DNA of 64,000 bases from Lepidodermella squamata (lineage: Eukaryota; Animalia; Gastrotricha), in the NCBI GenBank assembly GCA_047495785.1, contig JBLDXI010000013.1, positions 62,001-126,000 of the forward strand, given 5' to 3'. Positions 13,585 through 27,413 of this stretch are shown here, piece after piece. The position numbers were made by a program, and so were the translations under genes. Numbering within the stretch: the stretch's first letter is position 1; every line of letters begins with the position of its first letter. The notes under the pieces were generated by a model. That model ran no database searches and was not told where the DNA came from. It worked only from the letters and a program-made list of their open reading frames with translations.

Positions 13585-14836
13585 CTGTTTTGAACCAAGC
13601 TTGCCGGAATTGTTGTCTTCGGCCAGACTCGCAAGACCGTCACGTGCCATCTTTATCGAACCTGTGTTTTAAAATTGTAAGGAAACAGGCTTCAACAAGA
13701 GCGCTCAATCGTTTCAAGAGGTGAGAAATATATATCCATTTGGCTATCTGTGAATGTTATCTATCGGTTATCAGCCGCGAACAGTGCTCTATGTCAATAT
13801 TTATCGCGCTCAAGTGGTGCCAAAGTGATTGATACTGTTGATGGGAAGCAAACAAAATCGCGAGCCAATTTGCTACTCGACGACGGCCGCGGGCGAGCGA
13901 GAGGTGACCTTGCTCGCTCACCGGGAAAGAGCGCACAGTGGCAGGGGCGCGTGTCGCACAGCTGCCCGTTTACGGCCGTGCCAAACTGGCGAATCCAGGT
14001 GCATGGCTTGCGCAATGCAGCCACGAGAGTCATTGACAAATTAGCTGGCTTCGAAGCGCTGGCCATATTAGCGCAGCAGAAGCGCATTAACACGTCCCAA
14101 CAAGGATTAAGAGGTATCTTACAAACTTGCGTACATTTAATTACGAGACTGACGAGTATACTTTCAGCGCATAAATGTTAAGAATCGACTAGATGATTAT
14201 TCGGAAAAAGATATTGTGAGAAAAAAACTCACCGTGCTCGAATAAATTTGAGGCGCCGTTGCCATTGTTGCCTTGCTGTTGCAGCCATGAGTTGGCGCGC
14301 TTTGTTACTTGTATCTGGGCTGAGTTAGCAGAGTTTGAGCCACCATTCGACGGTGCCATGATATTCGTTAAATTGCTGCTGATGTTTGCAGGCGACATGA
14401 CCTCTGCGAAAAATTGCGATTTCGAGTTGAAGTACGTGGACGTAAGATCTGTCTCACCTAGCGACGTGAAAATGGGTAGCAGTGGAGTGGTAGAGCTTGC
14501 GTTAATGGCCGCAGCCAGCGATGACGAAGTTAGCGCAACCGAAGCGTTCGTTGCGCCTGGCGATGGGCTCGTCAAATGCTGATAGTGTTGGTGCAGCGAG
14601 TTTTGAGAAGATTGTTGCACGCCGTTGAGCGCGAGCTTGGTGCCAGCGTATCCGTTGCTGGCAATGCCGGCGCTGCTCGATGTTGCAGCAGAATCGGCAG
14701 GCGCGGCCGGCGTCGCGGTCGGCACGACAACGCTCTGCGCGCCTGGCGAAGTCGCCGTCTGGCCGTTGCTTGTCGGCGTTGCGGGCAGCGGCGCAGCGGC
14801 GTTGACGCCGAGCGGTGACGGTGCCGACTGTTGCAT
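12401..14836 (-). CDS. ETS transcription factor of the ERG/FLI1/FEV subfamily (Ets65A/AST-1-like)
   Basis: Exons are 14836-14233, 13661-13326 and 13164-12401, joined by phase-1 GT-AG introns. The ETS domain is [15 protein letters not shown]...[38 protein letters not shown]. The protein ends in YY*, as ERG/FLI1 do. Confidence 0.93.
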
Positions 14837-17519
14837 GGTTCCTATTTACCGCTAACTCTCCAGGAACTATTAAAATAGCCGAAAGCAGTCGTATATCGCT
14901 TGATAACCGTTGATGTGATGGAAATCCGGTAAGGAAAAAGGAAGTTTGACTTGAAAGAACGCTCCGGCATCCGCCTTTCGGATTTTATTCCGTCGAGAAC
15001 GCGGCCCGCTCAATGCTGACCAATCAGCGACGCGTGTGCGCAATGGCGCTCTGTGATTGGTCGGTGACACGCCTATTTCGCTCGGCGGCGACCTCTCAGC
15101 TGCGCCGGCGTCGATCGATTGTCGCCGTTGCTGCGCTTACGCACGTGTGGCGCTTATGCAACTCGATGGCAAGAGGTCACCTGCGAAAGGCCGGAATCAT
15201 CGATGCTCATTTCAAAGTATAACAGATTGCTGGAGAATTCGGTGCGAAATTTATGACAATATTATTGAAATCACCTTAAACAATAATAAATCAGCACTGT
15301 CTGGTTATTTTGCCAGTACACAAAAAATGGATTTCCATCAAACGCGTGTTTATATTTTTCTTTTTCGCTCATTAATCTTGATTTTGTATCAAACATGATT
15401 TTTCGATGCAACTGCCGGTTATCATAGTAATTACGGTCCCTGAATGCAGATAATCCTACAAACCTGAAGGTGTGTGAGCATATAATCAGGCTATTTTGGA
15501 AAATTGACCGTTGACGAAGCGCATTGTGTAACATTTTGCTGGTTTCAATCACGCGACCACTTTGGCGCCGAAGTGCGCACGCGCGACAACCAAGAGGCTC
15601 ATCAATCCCGGGCGAGAACCACTTGGGTTAGGGTACGCTCTCATGCCATACACAAGTTTCATATGAAACACATCTCTATTATTGGCACGTGCGCTCGATG
15701 CACAGGTAGGCCGCGAAGGCGCAAATCCGCGAGGCGCGGCGCTTAAGCCGCATGCGCGCATGTTGCGTCATCACAGCATTAGCGGCGTGACATCATTATT
15801 CGCTCATCAACGTGTGCAATAAATTTTAGGGCGTCAATTATATTGCCGGGCCAGGCCCATTGACCGTAAAAAATGGCCAGCTCGCCTTTGAAATGGCCAG
15901 CGGCGACACCAAGATGAAAGGCACCGTCACTACAATCAATTGCCGGGTTCGACATCGTAATATATGTAGCTAATCGCAGCTCATCGATCAGTCCATTTTA
16001 AAGGGACCAATTTTGTCATTCACTTCTTTCTTCCTGGGAAAATTTGAAATTAATTTCGCACTCCATTACGTCCCTGGCCGCGCACTGAAATACGCGGTTT
16101 GGCCGCAGCGCGTACCTCATCATCACCATCCGAAGCCGCTAGCAATGAAGGCACGCGCATACGATGGCACTGGTTGATGGCTGCTGAACGGCGCTGTAAT
16201 GGCAACACAATATTTTATATCAAAATGTATACGGCACAGGCGACGGACGTCCGGCAGAAGGCTGGCCGGAATCGACGTGGGCGTGCGCTGCGCCGTCGCC
16301 ATTATACGAAGTAATATATGGCGCGATCACAGCGCGTTCTTTCGAACCTGAGTCGCTCTATTGCGCCGTGGCGTTGTGTACGTTAAATTGCTCACAGACT
16401 GATGCTTTTAGCTCCGGATATTGGTTAGCAGCGCTGGCTGCCAGGTCGCCGATCAATAGCGCGCCTGCGATTTTGTTGACGCTGCGCCTGTGTGTAATTT
16501 CACCGAACCTCGACAAATTGTGAAATTATTACTTATTATTATTATATTTTCATTATAATTCACGTCACAGGTTTGCAGCCGCGCTGAAGGCGCTAATAAC
16601 AGGAGAAGCAATTAGAGCTCGAGTCTGTACCTGACTGCGATCAACTTGAACCGCTTGCAAGAAGTGCAAATGCACAGCACGTGGGGTGAAGAATTTCACC
16701 CGATCGGAGGGAACCTGTTAAGCGCTCCTTTCGCAAAAAAAATAAAAAACACATATGTATAGATAATTGAGACAATAGATGAGGCTTTATACTTCGGGCG
16801 CGATTCAGATGAATACAAAAACGTTATGACTAGGTAAAAGCAATGAGTTGAACAGCATTTCGATTTCCTTATCGGTAATAGTTGCGTTTCGTCTGAAATC
16901 ACTTCATAAACAGCAGCAAACCGGAATCGTAATATCCGAATAGGAAACTCATCAGGATCGCGAGATCATTTGGTGCTTCAACCATTTTTTCCTATGTCAT
17001 ATCGCTCACATACGAATATATTTAGAAGAAGAGTCTCGCCTGTCATCCTCGAATGACCGAAATAAATCAACGTAGGTCAATGCACTTCTTAGTCAGAGAG
17101 ACCAAGTAAGATTAAACGCACAAAATTTGAATAATATTGGAAGAATAAGGAGTGGGAAGATTGGGAAGTAGAGGTGTTGATGAAGCTTGAAGCTTGAGCT
17201 GAAGTACTATTCCTACAATTCCTACTGCTGTCTACACAGGCCATTTTATCAACCGACAGCGAACCGCTTTTAGCTGATGAGCTGATGAACTATACAGACT
17301 TCACTTCGAACCCTCTCAATCCTCTAGGAAAAATCTGATCTCTATAACATTTCCAAAGTATTGAATGAGGAATGTTTGGCTGATTTCGAAGTTCGATTCT
17401 TTGTCAAACGTTTATCGATTAATTTTAAGTAAGGAGAAAATAAGTCAAGCGCACGGATAAGAAAACCTGAGGACAAGCTTCTCGATCTTGAAGGTTGTTC
17501 TTTGAAGTGATTCCGTGCA

Positions 17520-18470
17520 TTTTTATTTGTATTATTCGCGATGTAAAAAATATTTTGCATTAATACAACCGATTGAAATTTGCTCACTCCACCGAAAATC
17601 GCGAGTAACGCTCGCGGCAGCGGCAATTCAAGCGGATCGAGCTGCGAGGCTGTAATAAAGACGTATAAAGAGAAAAAGAAATAGAGAAATAAAGATACCT
17701 ATAAAGATAGGTGAATGTTAACAATTGAACTCACTTGCCATCTGCAATAATGCTGGCTGGTGGCGGCTACTCAGCGTTTAACTGGCGACCATCATTTTGA
17801 CGACGAAATTTGACAAGGAATAGCATTTTCAAATGCTGAAAATTTCTCCATTCATGTTTGTTGATAATCCCCCAAATCCTCCAAACCGAAAGATCAGATA
17901 ATTAAATACCATTGCTGTAAAACTTTATCAGCGTCGAAAGCGTCTTGGCCGAATTTTGCCGGAAGTAATTGAAGTATAAATAATGCCTGTATCAGACCTG
18001 TGTTCGACTCGGTATAGAGCTCTCAACAAAGGTGTGAAGCCCTGAGAATCCTTCGCATCGGGCAAGTTTAGATTGATAACCGATCGGAAACCAATCGTGA
18101 ACTTGAAAATATCGCATATATCCTGCTAGGCCACCTGTCGAATATATCCCTCTGGATGAGCGCAAATTGCCGATTCACAGGGCAAGCTAGGTGGAGGGCG
18201 TAAGACACGCTACGGCACTTCACACGGAGGGTCTTTGCGAGTTCTCAGAAAATGAGGCGGGTGTCGACTTGTGCTCCAAGTAGCTTGATTGATTGTTGAG
18301 GTTAAACCGAAGCGCCATTCGCATTGATCGCGGGTAGGCCGGCGTCGGTTTTCGCAGTTTTCGGGCGGATATAAACATGATTGCGACTTTTTCTCGTTCA
18401 ACTTCAGAGAATCGTCGCTTAACCAGGTTGCGACATTGCATAACTTTGATTCTTTTGCTGTTTCCACACT
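17520..18470 (-). mobile_element. Degraded CR1/L2-group LINE 3' remnant
   Basis: Frameshifted post-RT motifs: LCNVATWLSDDSLKLNEKK and QSIKLLGAQVDTRLIF. It has many stops, and the boundaries are approximate. Confidence 0.6.
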
Positions 18471-18989
18471 TCAAGAAGCCCTAGGGAAGGCCAGTTTCGA
18501 GGGAAAACGCACACAAAGCCGAGGCTTATTATGTGATTTTTCCGAGAAACTAGCCGTACCGTGGGCTCTATTCTACATAATACTCGGGAGGAAGCTGTTA
18601 CCCTCTTAGTTTTACGGGGTTTATACCCCTAAAAAATGCGAAAAATTACATGGTAAAAAATCTAGGTATCTGAAAACTGGAAAGCTCAAAGTTAGCAATC
18701 TGGTTAATCTGAAAGGCTGTTCGCGATGTTTACTAATCAAACCATTCCGGGCTTTACAAGCCATCCTTCTGCCGGATACTTCAAAAATTGAAGGTTCCCA
18801 CAGGTTGGTTATTTTTCGCTTGAATGCTCGGGCATTTTCAGCGGGCCGAAATCGCGTTTCTGCCCTCAACACCGTCAAGGATTTCTTAATTTCAGCTGGC
18901 ATCATCGAGTTTGTCTCACTTGAAGATTTTTTATTTAAGACAGTTTACGGGTGCGCAATGTTTGCTATGGAACAAGCCCTAGGACATGT

Positions 18990-20100
18990 AGCGATGATTT
19001 GAAGAAATAACAGTAGGGATTTTCCATTTTCTGACGATACCGATCATTCTTTCGAATGGCTCGATATTCTTCCTGTCGCCTTTCGGTTGCTTTGCCAGGT
19101 CGATTGTGTATAGTTCAGATGATTTTCGGGTTCTGCTTCGCCTTTTGAATATGTGACTGAATTTCGAGCGAATTTGGGCGGTAATACATCGGCCAGCTAC
19201 GACGATCTTATATATCTAGGTCATCACTCTCCCACGTATCTCCGATGCACGAGTTGTTGCAGTTTTGCGCCGGTGATCGGTGATGCTGCAGAATCTGTTT
19301 CGAACTCCGTCCAGCTTCTCTAGGACGGCCGACGACGCTGCAAACGTGTAAGCAACCATGCCAAATCTAGGAAAGGTAGCACGTAAGACTTGTAGGCGCT
19401 TTCCATTTGGCTTGGTGGCAAGTAGGATCTGAGTCGCAACAATTGCGTGATGGCTGTTGTCGCTTGTCCAATCTTTGATTTTTAAAATAAATCATCACGC
19501 ACTTTTCTCCCTCCGCTCGATCGAAGCAATCGGACATGTATAGGTACAGGTCGCAACGTTCGCAGGAAAAGATCAGATCAACAGGTTGTTCTCGCTTCGC
19601 TAAAAGTAGATAGCACACTGCCTTCCAGGTTGCATATCTCAGTTTGAAATGATGACGTCGCAGCAACGGCTGCTAACAATATCCAGAACAGATATATTAA
19701 GCAGTTCTTTTGCGCCAAATATTAACTTCATTGACACTCCAGCAGACATTGGAAAAACCTTCCTATCACAATCTCTCAATTCTGTCTGATATCGAACGGT
19801 AAATCACTATTGCTGTTGCATCTTCCGCTGTCGTTGCTTGCCTCCTTATAAGAGGTGCAGCTACCCATGTTGCAATTTGTGCGATCTCATGAAGAAGTAG
19901 ATCCCTATGACTTTTACTTATTGAGAGCTGAGAGCTATTCTATTTTCATTGTTGCAATAAATTTGGATCCAACTGCTCCAACATCAACCAGGCGCGAGCA
20001 GCTTTGAAAATTTGGGAATCGTTGAAGGAATATGTCATTGTACTAGTGAAACCCGCCAAGTCTATTGAAATATTCAAACTTGACATAAATCGAATTGTTT
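18990..20100 (-). mobile_element. Degraded LINE remnant: APE endonuclease-like segment joined to the ORF2 C-terminal segment
   Basis: The APE-like motifs IVIYRS and REQPVDLIFS are followed within ~100 bp by KIGQATTAITQLLRLRSYLPPSQMESAYKSYVLPFLD/FGMVAY...LEKLDGVRNRF. Stops and frameshifts occur throughout. Confidence 0.55.
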
Positions 20101-20621
20101 TTAATTTTGCCTTGAGTTGGTATCAACCGTTTCCTCCTGATGAGGCGAGCCTGGAAATTATTTTTATTTCTCTAACAATTGCGCGTTGAATACTCTACTG
20201 TCAACCAGTTACCACCCTAACCAAACCGAAGACTTGGTAGGAGCTATTTGCCTAAGATCTATTACCTGCTAGTGGACACGCGAAGCTCATTTCACAGAAA
20301 CGTCAAAACAGAAATGTGAAGTCACACAATGCTATTGCAAATGAGCGTCCAAAATGACCCGGCAATTGTCCTAAGGCAGCCAAACACTATGCATTACATT
20401 ACTCTTCATATTTTCACTCTTCGCCGAATCGCGAAATACGGCATCCAGAGTTCCAAGAAGTTCGGATGTGTACAGTCAATGCAGTAAAACTGGTGCGCAA
20501 AATTTGTAAACTACCGCCGATTTTGGCGGCCGGAAATTCCCCTAGCCGGCCGCGACACCCTCGGCGTCTCCAACCGGCCGCACGGCCGGAATACTTTTAC
20601 ATCGGCCAAAGCAACTGATTC

Positions 20622-20738
20622 ACAGCGTACAATAGCCGCAATAGATGATGGCAGCAAGGCTCCAGGCATCAAAACAAGCAGTCGAGGCACAAGTCGCAAC
20701 TGTTCCGTATACCTACTGAACGTTTTTAGCTGGAAACC
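20622..20738 (+). repeat. ~115-bp dispersed direct repeat, copy 1
   Basis: ACAGCGTACAATAGCCG.AATAG.TGATGGCAGCAAGGCTCCAGGC.TCAAAACAAGCAGTCGAGGC.CAAGTCGCAACT recurs at 21898-22010. Confidence 0.9.
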
Positions 20739-20825
20739 ATGAGATTCGTTTGGCTGCGCCAAACTCACTCGGGGTTCCAGATCGGGGGGGAAATTATATT
20801 TCTCCATGGCTAACCATAGAGTCGG

Positions 20826-21490
20826 CAGTGCCGGATTTTGCCAGCTAGAAATTGTTCGGGGCCCTAAGCAATTTCCATCTTCGAGGGCCCCTGTAGTTGG
20901 TTGTCACAATTGAGCAGCTTGATTTACTCCCCTAAAAGCTGGGCCGAGTCGGACCGCTGTCGTTCGGTTTTTCTAATAAAAAAAATACTCAGCCACTTTT
21001 GTGGAAATTACATGTGATTTGAACCAATTAATTCGAGCGAAGCGAGCCAATTTTGAGGTTTTTCAACTAGAAATAGTCAACAAATCTCTTAAAAATGACC
21101 TAAATATGTACCAATATTTCCTGACCTTTTACATTTTGCCTTGAATTTTGGTTGTTAACTTGAACATTTCGGTTTTCACATTAGTAAAATTGCACGAAAA
21201 TACACTGATTCAACATATGTTTACTATTAAATTACTATTATGTTTACACGCATTCATGTTCAGAATTTGATTGAATCATTTGATAATGTAAAATGCTGCC
21301 TACTGACCATACTGCCGAGACGTTAGCAGTTTCTGTTGAAGGTTTGGAAGCAGCATTGGAAAAGTATAAAAGTGCGAGCGAAGCGAGCACATTTTTTCAA
21401 AATGTTGGTCCATTTTTCACCAAGGGCCCGATAATGGCGGGGCCCTAAGGCAATTGCCTTATTGTTTGCCTAATGGAAAAGGTGGCGCTG
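20826..21490. mobile_element. hAT-like non-autonomous element
   Basis: The ends are CAGTGCCGGATTTT and GGAAAAGGTGGCGCTG, with subterminal GGGGCCCTAAG motifs at both ends and two internal CGAGCGAAGCGAGC motifs. No clear TSD. Confidence 0.6.
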
Positions 21491-21897
21491 CACAGCAGAC
21501 TGTAATGTTGGGCTGCTGGACAAGGCCCTACATAGAAGACTCGACAGCAAGTCGAGGGATTGGTCAAGGAGCAATGCGACCCCAGCATCCTTTATGAAGG
21601 ACGAAGAATTCGACTGATAAAAACCTCAAGTCTTTTTTAGTCTTCGTTCTTAGTCACTAAAAGTACAAGCCATTTCAGCCAACTCATCTGGTCGAAAAAT
21701 CACAACTCTTAATCCAGCCGATCAAAGCTTGGCAAAGATCTTGTCGCGTTAATCGGATCCGACGGTCACTCTCATTTCGCCGTATTTTGCTGTCTTCCTT
21801 CCTCTAAGGAAGAGTAGAAAGGAAGTAGGAAGAAGAGGAAGATAGAAGGAAGAAAAGGAAGAAAAAGAGAGGGTAGAGGGAAGAGGGTAGAAGAAGA

Positions 21898-22010
21898 ACA
21901 GCGTACAATAGCCGTAATAGCTGATGGCAGCAAGGCTCCAGGCGTCAAAACAAGCAGTCGAGGCTCAAGTCGCAACTTTTCCGAATACTGAAAACGTTGA
22001 ACTTGAAACC
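21898..22010 (+). repeat. ~115-bp dispersed direct repeat, copy 2
   Basis: Close copy of 20622-20738, preceded by a GA-rich tract at 21806-21897. Confidence 0.9.
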
Positions 22011-22656
22011 CAAAGATAGCAACAGCCCAGAAAAGGGAGCTCCATTCTCCCAGTCTCTCTGCGCTCTCACATTCCCTCACCTGCAGGCTGTCAACAGGCT
22101 GTCAACAGCTAAACTACGGAACGCCTGGTTTGAGGCGTCGGTAGCAAACCATGCTACCAACTTCCTGGGACAGTTTTTACTTATTTATTTTAAAAAATCC
22201 ACTTGGTCGATTAAGCGAGTAAAATTGAAATTGCGTTTCAATTATATTTCGAATTTTTGTGTTTTCGTTTTACTTGAGACCTCATCAAAAACATGTAGAA
22301 CATTAAGGATGACCCACCAATCATCAAGGCTTGGAATAAACAGAGAACTCTGCTTACGCCCAACACGTTTGTAAGAATGATCACACAAAAGCCAAGAAGA
22401 ACATTGAGGCAATTGAATGATTAGTTGATTTCGATAGGTATAACGTCTCATTCAGAATTAGAAGGCAAGGCTTCTCTGAGAGCAATCAACATTTGATAGA
22501 GCGCAGCACAATCCGACAACGCGTAACTATGTTAAAAGATAATGATAAACAAAAACGGCTGCGCTGGTCAGTAATGCACAGCTCAGTGACAATAACAGCT
22601 AACAAATTGTACATTTAGAGATAATGAAAATAATGAAATCACAGTCTACACTAATA

Positions 22657-23474
22657 TTAAACTTTAGCCGCTGTTTTGTTCTGAACAGGCAAATATAGCT
22701 TGAACTCCGCCGGTAGTTCATCTTCAGAGTAGAGCCGATCGGAAAAGTAGACTCGACGAATTCGGCAATTTGCATGTATCTACAATTGAAAAATGAAGGT
22801 AAGAATGGATAATTACAAAAAGCCCCGGAGGTCTTGACATACTTGAACTCTGAGCGTCTCAATGTAGTTGGTGCCGTACGCACGCCGAGTGAAGTCTGAC
22901 AAATTGAACTGAATTTGATTCCAGCCATCGTCTAGACGCATCGGCATTGTACAAATGAAGGGTTTTACGCGAGTAGTTGACTGATAGTTGCTTGCACGAA
23001 AACGCCTTCGCACGTTTTTGTCATCTAAAACCTGGAAATAAGTAGCAAATAGCTGAATTTCCCTTCATTTGATAATGCGTTCATCATACCTGGACTTCAA
23101 ATGTAAAGTATTTCTTCAGATTTTTGATGATCATGACGAGAAATGGAAGCTTTATTCCGAGTGTCTTTTTAGTATCGGCAGGGCAAGTGATGAAAGTAGT
23201 GCTAAGCAAAAAGACAAAGATAAAAGAAAGTTTCCTTCGCATGACAGAAGCATACCTGACATTAGTTCCTACAATTTCCAATACTAAAGACTGAATGTCG
23301 TTGTCGGTGATTCGCTTGATATGACCGTTTCGGACCTGAAATAGATGAATTAAGAATTTGTAAACATTGAATTTTTTGAAAGAGACAAACCTTTTTGTCC
23401 CATATCTGTAGCGGCTTGCTGCCAATACTGTATAGAATCGACAGGAACCCACTTTGAAAAGTATTTTTGAACAT
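22657..23474 (-). CDS. CFAP20: Cilia- and flagella-associated protein 20 (BUG22/C16orf80)
   Basis: Five exons and four short GT-AG introns give [44 protein letters not shown]...[66 protein letters not shown], essentially the canonical sequence. Confidence 0.98.
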
Positions 23475-23646
23475 TTTACGCCCGAGCTATTGCTCAATTT
23501 AAATTTTCTAAAACTTTGTAAAAAAAGCAGCCAAGAATATAGTAAAAGTCTCCACTAGAATATGATTCGCGAAAGCAGGTGAAACAATCATACAGGCTTC
23601 CTATTACTCCAGCCACATGTTCGCGTCTAAGTGTTCGGTCGTGACT

Positions 23647-23673
23647 GTTGCCACGCGACTCGTTGCTAGGCTC
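23647..23673. promoter_or_regulatory. Candidate RFX X-box pair upstream of CFAP20
   Basis: GTTGCCACGCGAC and an adjacent GTTGCTAGG lie ~170-200 bp upstream of the ATG of a ciliary gene. Confidence 0.5.
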
Positions 23674-25735
23674 TGTTGCTCATAGCTCTATGCAGCACAT
23701 AGGACGAGCGGCGCAATGGGCAACGTAAGCGATCAATATGCGCACAGCGCAGGCATACACACACACACACATACACACACGCGCATGAATATACTTGCAC
23801 ATTATTATTATTATTATTATTAGTCAATTGAGAACGCAATGCCGGCAAACTACGGCGAGGTGTTTGTGAATACTCCCTTAAATGAGCGAGCGACATTTAA
23901 TTTTTGAAAATGTATTTTACGATTCATTGGAGGTTATGATTCAGGGCAACCATCAAACTCGGCAAAATTGAAATGATACATTCAGAATTATAGTACTATG
24001 CAAAACTCGGATATAGCCGACTAAAAAATTAGCATATATAAATTGCTCATTTAAAGCGATGCTTCTTCCACACAAAAATGAGGAAGAATTTAATGGTCTG
24101 CGATTAATTGGGTGCATTGGTAAAGCGTAATTTATTACAATTTTCGATTCGAGTCTTCAATGCGTTCGTGGAGCGATTGACCGATTCTCATAACTTTAGA
24201 ACTCTCATAGCTTTAGGCAGTTGTAGTAATTATGTAAAAACATAACTTTGAACACAGCAAAATAGATGCAGCAGTATAGAATATAGAAGTTTGACTGCGA
24301 CCAATGATATACAGCATGACTTTGTTCACAGTAATGTTATTATGAGCGACCCAGCATTCACTTTTCAAAACGGCTATAATTATGCTGACCAATCATAGGA
24401 ATTTTTGATGCGTTCGATAATTTCTGCAATGATAATGTGTTGCAAAAGTTTCAAACAAAGATACGGTAACAGAAATTCCGCATTCGAGAGGCAGCACGCT
24501 AAATAAATAACTCTTCTTACTATTCCGCTTTAAAAGTGGATTTCTGCTTCCTAGAATTCTAGTGGAATTTCAATCCTTTCCTCTTCCATCTAGGCCGAAC
24601 TGAGTACGCGGTTATATGTTATAAGCGTTCACAGCGAGTGTATCCAACATGTATAGCAAAAGCCGGCTATAACGCAAAGATTTCTCAGCCTTAATTACTA
24701 CAACATATATTTCCGAGCAATTATTAACCAAAAAACTCGCGTTCGGCATATTTATGTAGCATATGAGTCGCTGCCATTAAGAGGTGAAGCAAATTAGGCA
24801 AATCTGTGGCATTAGGCGGAATAAAATAGCTACGTAAAGCCTTTCGGAAATAAAAGAGAATATGAGCAAACGAGTATACGGGATACAGATCATCAACCTT
24901 GAAAAAGGCACCTGACAAGTAAAACTGAGTGTGTTGTTACTTATGCGGTGTTGCAGCCCAAGTTATAAAATTCCAAAGCATTACAATGTCAGACATAGAT
25001 GCCCGAGAATGCTTTGTGATACACAAAGTTATAAAAATAGCATTCGACAGCGACGCGGTGAAACGTTTCATTTGACGGGAATTTTTCCAGCGCGTGAAAA
25101 TGAATCATACCAATAAAAAAGGTATGGCCGGTTAAAGGTTAATCTATCTTCTATCTATCGCATACAGCATATATAGGATAACAGTGATGATAACAGTGCT
25201 ATTCTAAGACCACCATCGGCTATGCGACAAAGAAAACTTTACACTAGAATCAGATTCGACAGCTGTTAACTGTGTTGGCTATGATAGTTAGGTTCGATCA
25301 ATCAATGTTTTAATATAGTTTTAATAAAAATTTCAGCATTGAGCAGGTGTGAAACTTCGGGTTTCTAGAAGGTCTGATCGTTCATCGTTCATCGTTCCAT
25401 TAGCTAGCAGCATACGCACACGAAGTCTTTAGCGCCATCTAAATCTAAATCCACGCTAAGCCTAAAGCTTTCAGCTCAGCGGTCATCGATCCACACTCAG
25501 TCAACGCCGCACGTTGCTAAGATATATTGAATACTATAAGCTTATTTAAAATCATTTGTTATCACCATATAACTGTATCTTATAAATTACTGTCAAAATT
25601 TTTGGCGCCACCTGAAATGCATTATTCATTTCAGAAGTTTTTCATCCAGTTTCCGTTAGAGCTGTTTGTTTTTGTCTTTTAGGCAGAATTTTCGGCTTTT
25701 TCTGCGTAAAATGTAAAACCAGCGCTAAGACAGAG

Positions 25736-26108
25736 GTGAACCCAGGACTTCGCAGTTCCACTAACGGCAGCCTCAAGGCCACGCAGTCCGACAGTGTCAC
25801 CCAAGACCGAACTTTCCTCATCCGCGGCTCGAAGGCATGGAGTCAGACCGACCCATTCATTCGTAAGCTGACTAGCTCGAAAGCCTGTCGCAAAGCCGCC
25901 TACTTGCAGCAATTCTTCATCGAGCAGGTGTCTGAATAGACCAAATAGATCATAGCTATATTTTTATAATTTATTTTCGTATTCTATTGTGCCTCTCTGC
26001 GCCTAACACCGAATAATCGGTGACAGGTTTTAACTCATTAACCGAAGCCCTGTTAAATCACCAGAATTGGTGTCAGGGTCTAACATCCATCCATCCATCC
26101 ATCCATTC
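25736..26108 (+). mobile_element. 5'-truncated LINE 3' end with (ATCC)n tail
   Basis: An ORF2 C-terminal-like peptide, DRTFLIRGSKAWSQTDPFIRKLTSSKACRKAAY, is followed by ~170 bp shared in inverted orientation with 48910-49090 and ends in CATCCATCCATCC. Confidence 0.6.
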
Positions 26109-26502
26109 TATGGGTAAAGTACTTTAAACTCTGCGGCAGTGCGGGACAACCTTGGAAGATCCAAGTCCCAAAAAAATAAGCCGATTAATAGCCGATTTGA
26201 CACCGTCCGCAAGAAATGTAATAAAATCTCGAGCAATGATGCAGAAATCCAATCAGAAATCATTGCATCATTGCGTTCAAATCGTTAACATGAAACCATA
26301 CTTGCGGATGGATTCATTTTAACCTTATTTTTTTTCTTGTGAAATGACCACTCCATAATTGACAGTCTCTTCTACCTTCTTAGTAATTTTCATCCGTAAA
26401 GTGTGACCGTGGTTGAATTTATCAATGAAATGAATATTGTAAAGACAGGCATTTATTATAATTTGCTTTCTTCGCATTTCATGTGTGATGACCAGCTGGA
26501 GA

Positions 26503-27168
26503 ATGAATAAGGACTATACAGTAATAGATCCCCAGTCGGCAAGTCAGATCCAGGATACTGTTGATCCTGAACGTCAGAGATTTCCGCACTGCATTGTGTG
26601 GACACCTATTCCTTGCATCTCCTGGTTGATTCCTCTGATAGGCCACATGGGAATATGTACCTATAATGGGGTAATAAGAGATTTTGCTGGTCCATATTTC
26701 GTTTCCGAAGATAATATGGCATTCGGTCAACCTGTGAAATATTGGCAAATCGATCTCAACAAGGAAGGCTTGGTATGTTGAAACGCAGGCTTACAGCCAA
26801 ACTGTTACATTTTCTGTTTGTATTTTCTGTTAGACACCAGAACAGTGGGACAGAGCCGTTGCGGAATCTTGTGAGGAATACAAGCATAGGATGCACATTC
26901 TGGTTGATTTTCTCTATCTTTATTGTTTTCAATATTTCTTTTCATACCTCTGTTGCAGTGCTGGGATAATTGCCACAATCATGTTTCTTATGCTCTGAAC
27001 AAAATGAATTTTCGACAAAGGAATAATCGAGGAATGTTTTCAGCCTGGCTCAACTTCACTGTCAACTCGAAATATATTAGTGCGGGAAAATGTTTCTGCA
27101 CATACCTGCCCTTCATAATTTTATTGGGCATCATTCTCACTCTTGTCCTGATCTTCAAACTGATTTGA
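26503..27168 (+). CDS. TMEM222: Transmembrane protein 222 (DUF778/RTE1-like)
   Basis: Three exons. Motifs: [52 protein letters not shown]...[20 protein letters not shown], and a C-terminal TM helix. Confidence 0.95.
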
Positions 27169-27413
27169 TTTGAATGCCCTTTCTAATAATGATTATTACG
27201 GGCTGAAAGCCGTCAGATAATGCTCTGTTTCTATGAGGGATTTTCGTTCACTTTGGGCTAGCAGTTTGATTTTTTATGTTATTGATCGTTATGTTGTTCG
27301 ATGTGATTATATTCATAGATCGACTGATATCTAAAATGAGCGATCCAAGTTCCAGATTCAAATAATATTGCAATTTCTATTTTTAGACGGTTACGTTTTG
27401 ATATTATCGTGCT

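Noticed and set aside
19700-20100. Possible PIF1 helicase or SFI1/CCDC191-like pseudogene
   Set aside because: The matches needed several assumed frameshifts, and the adjacent LINE motifs explain the region better.
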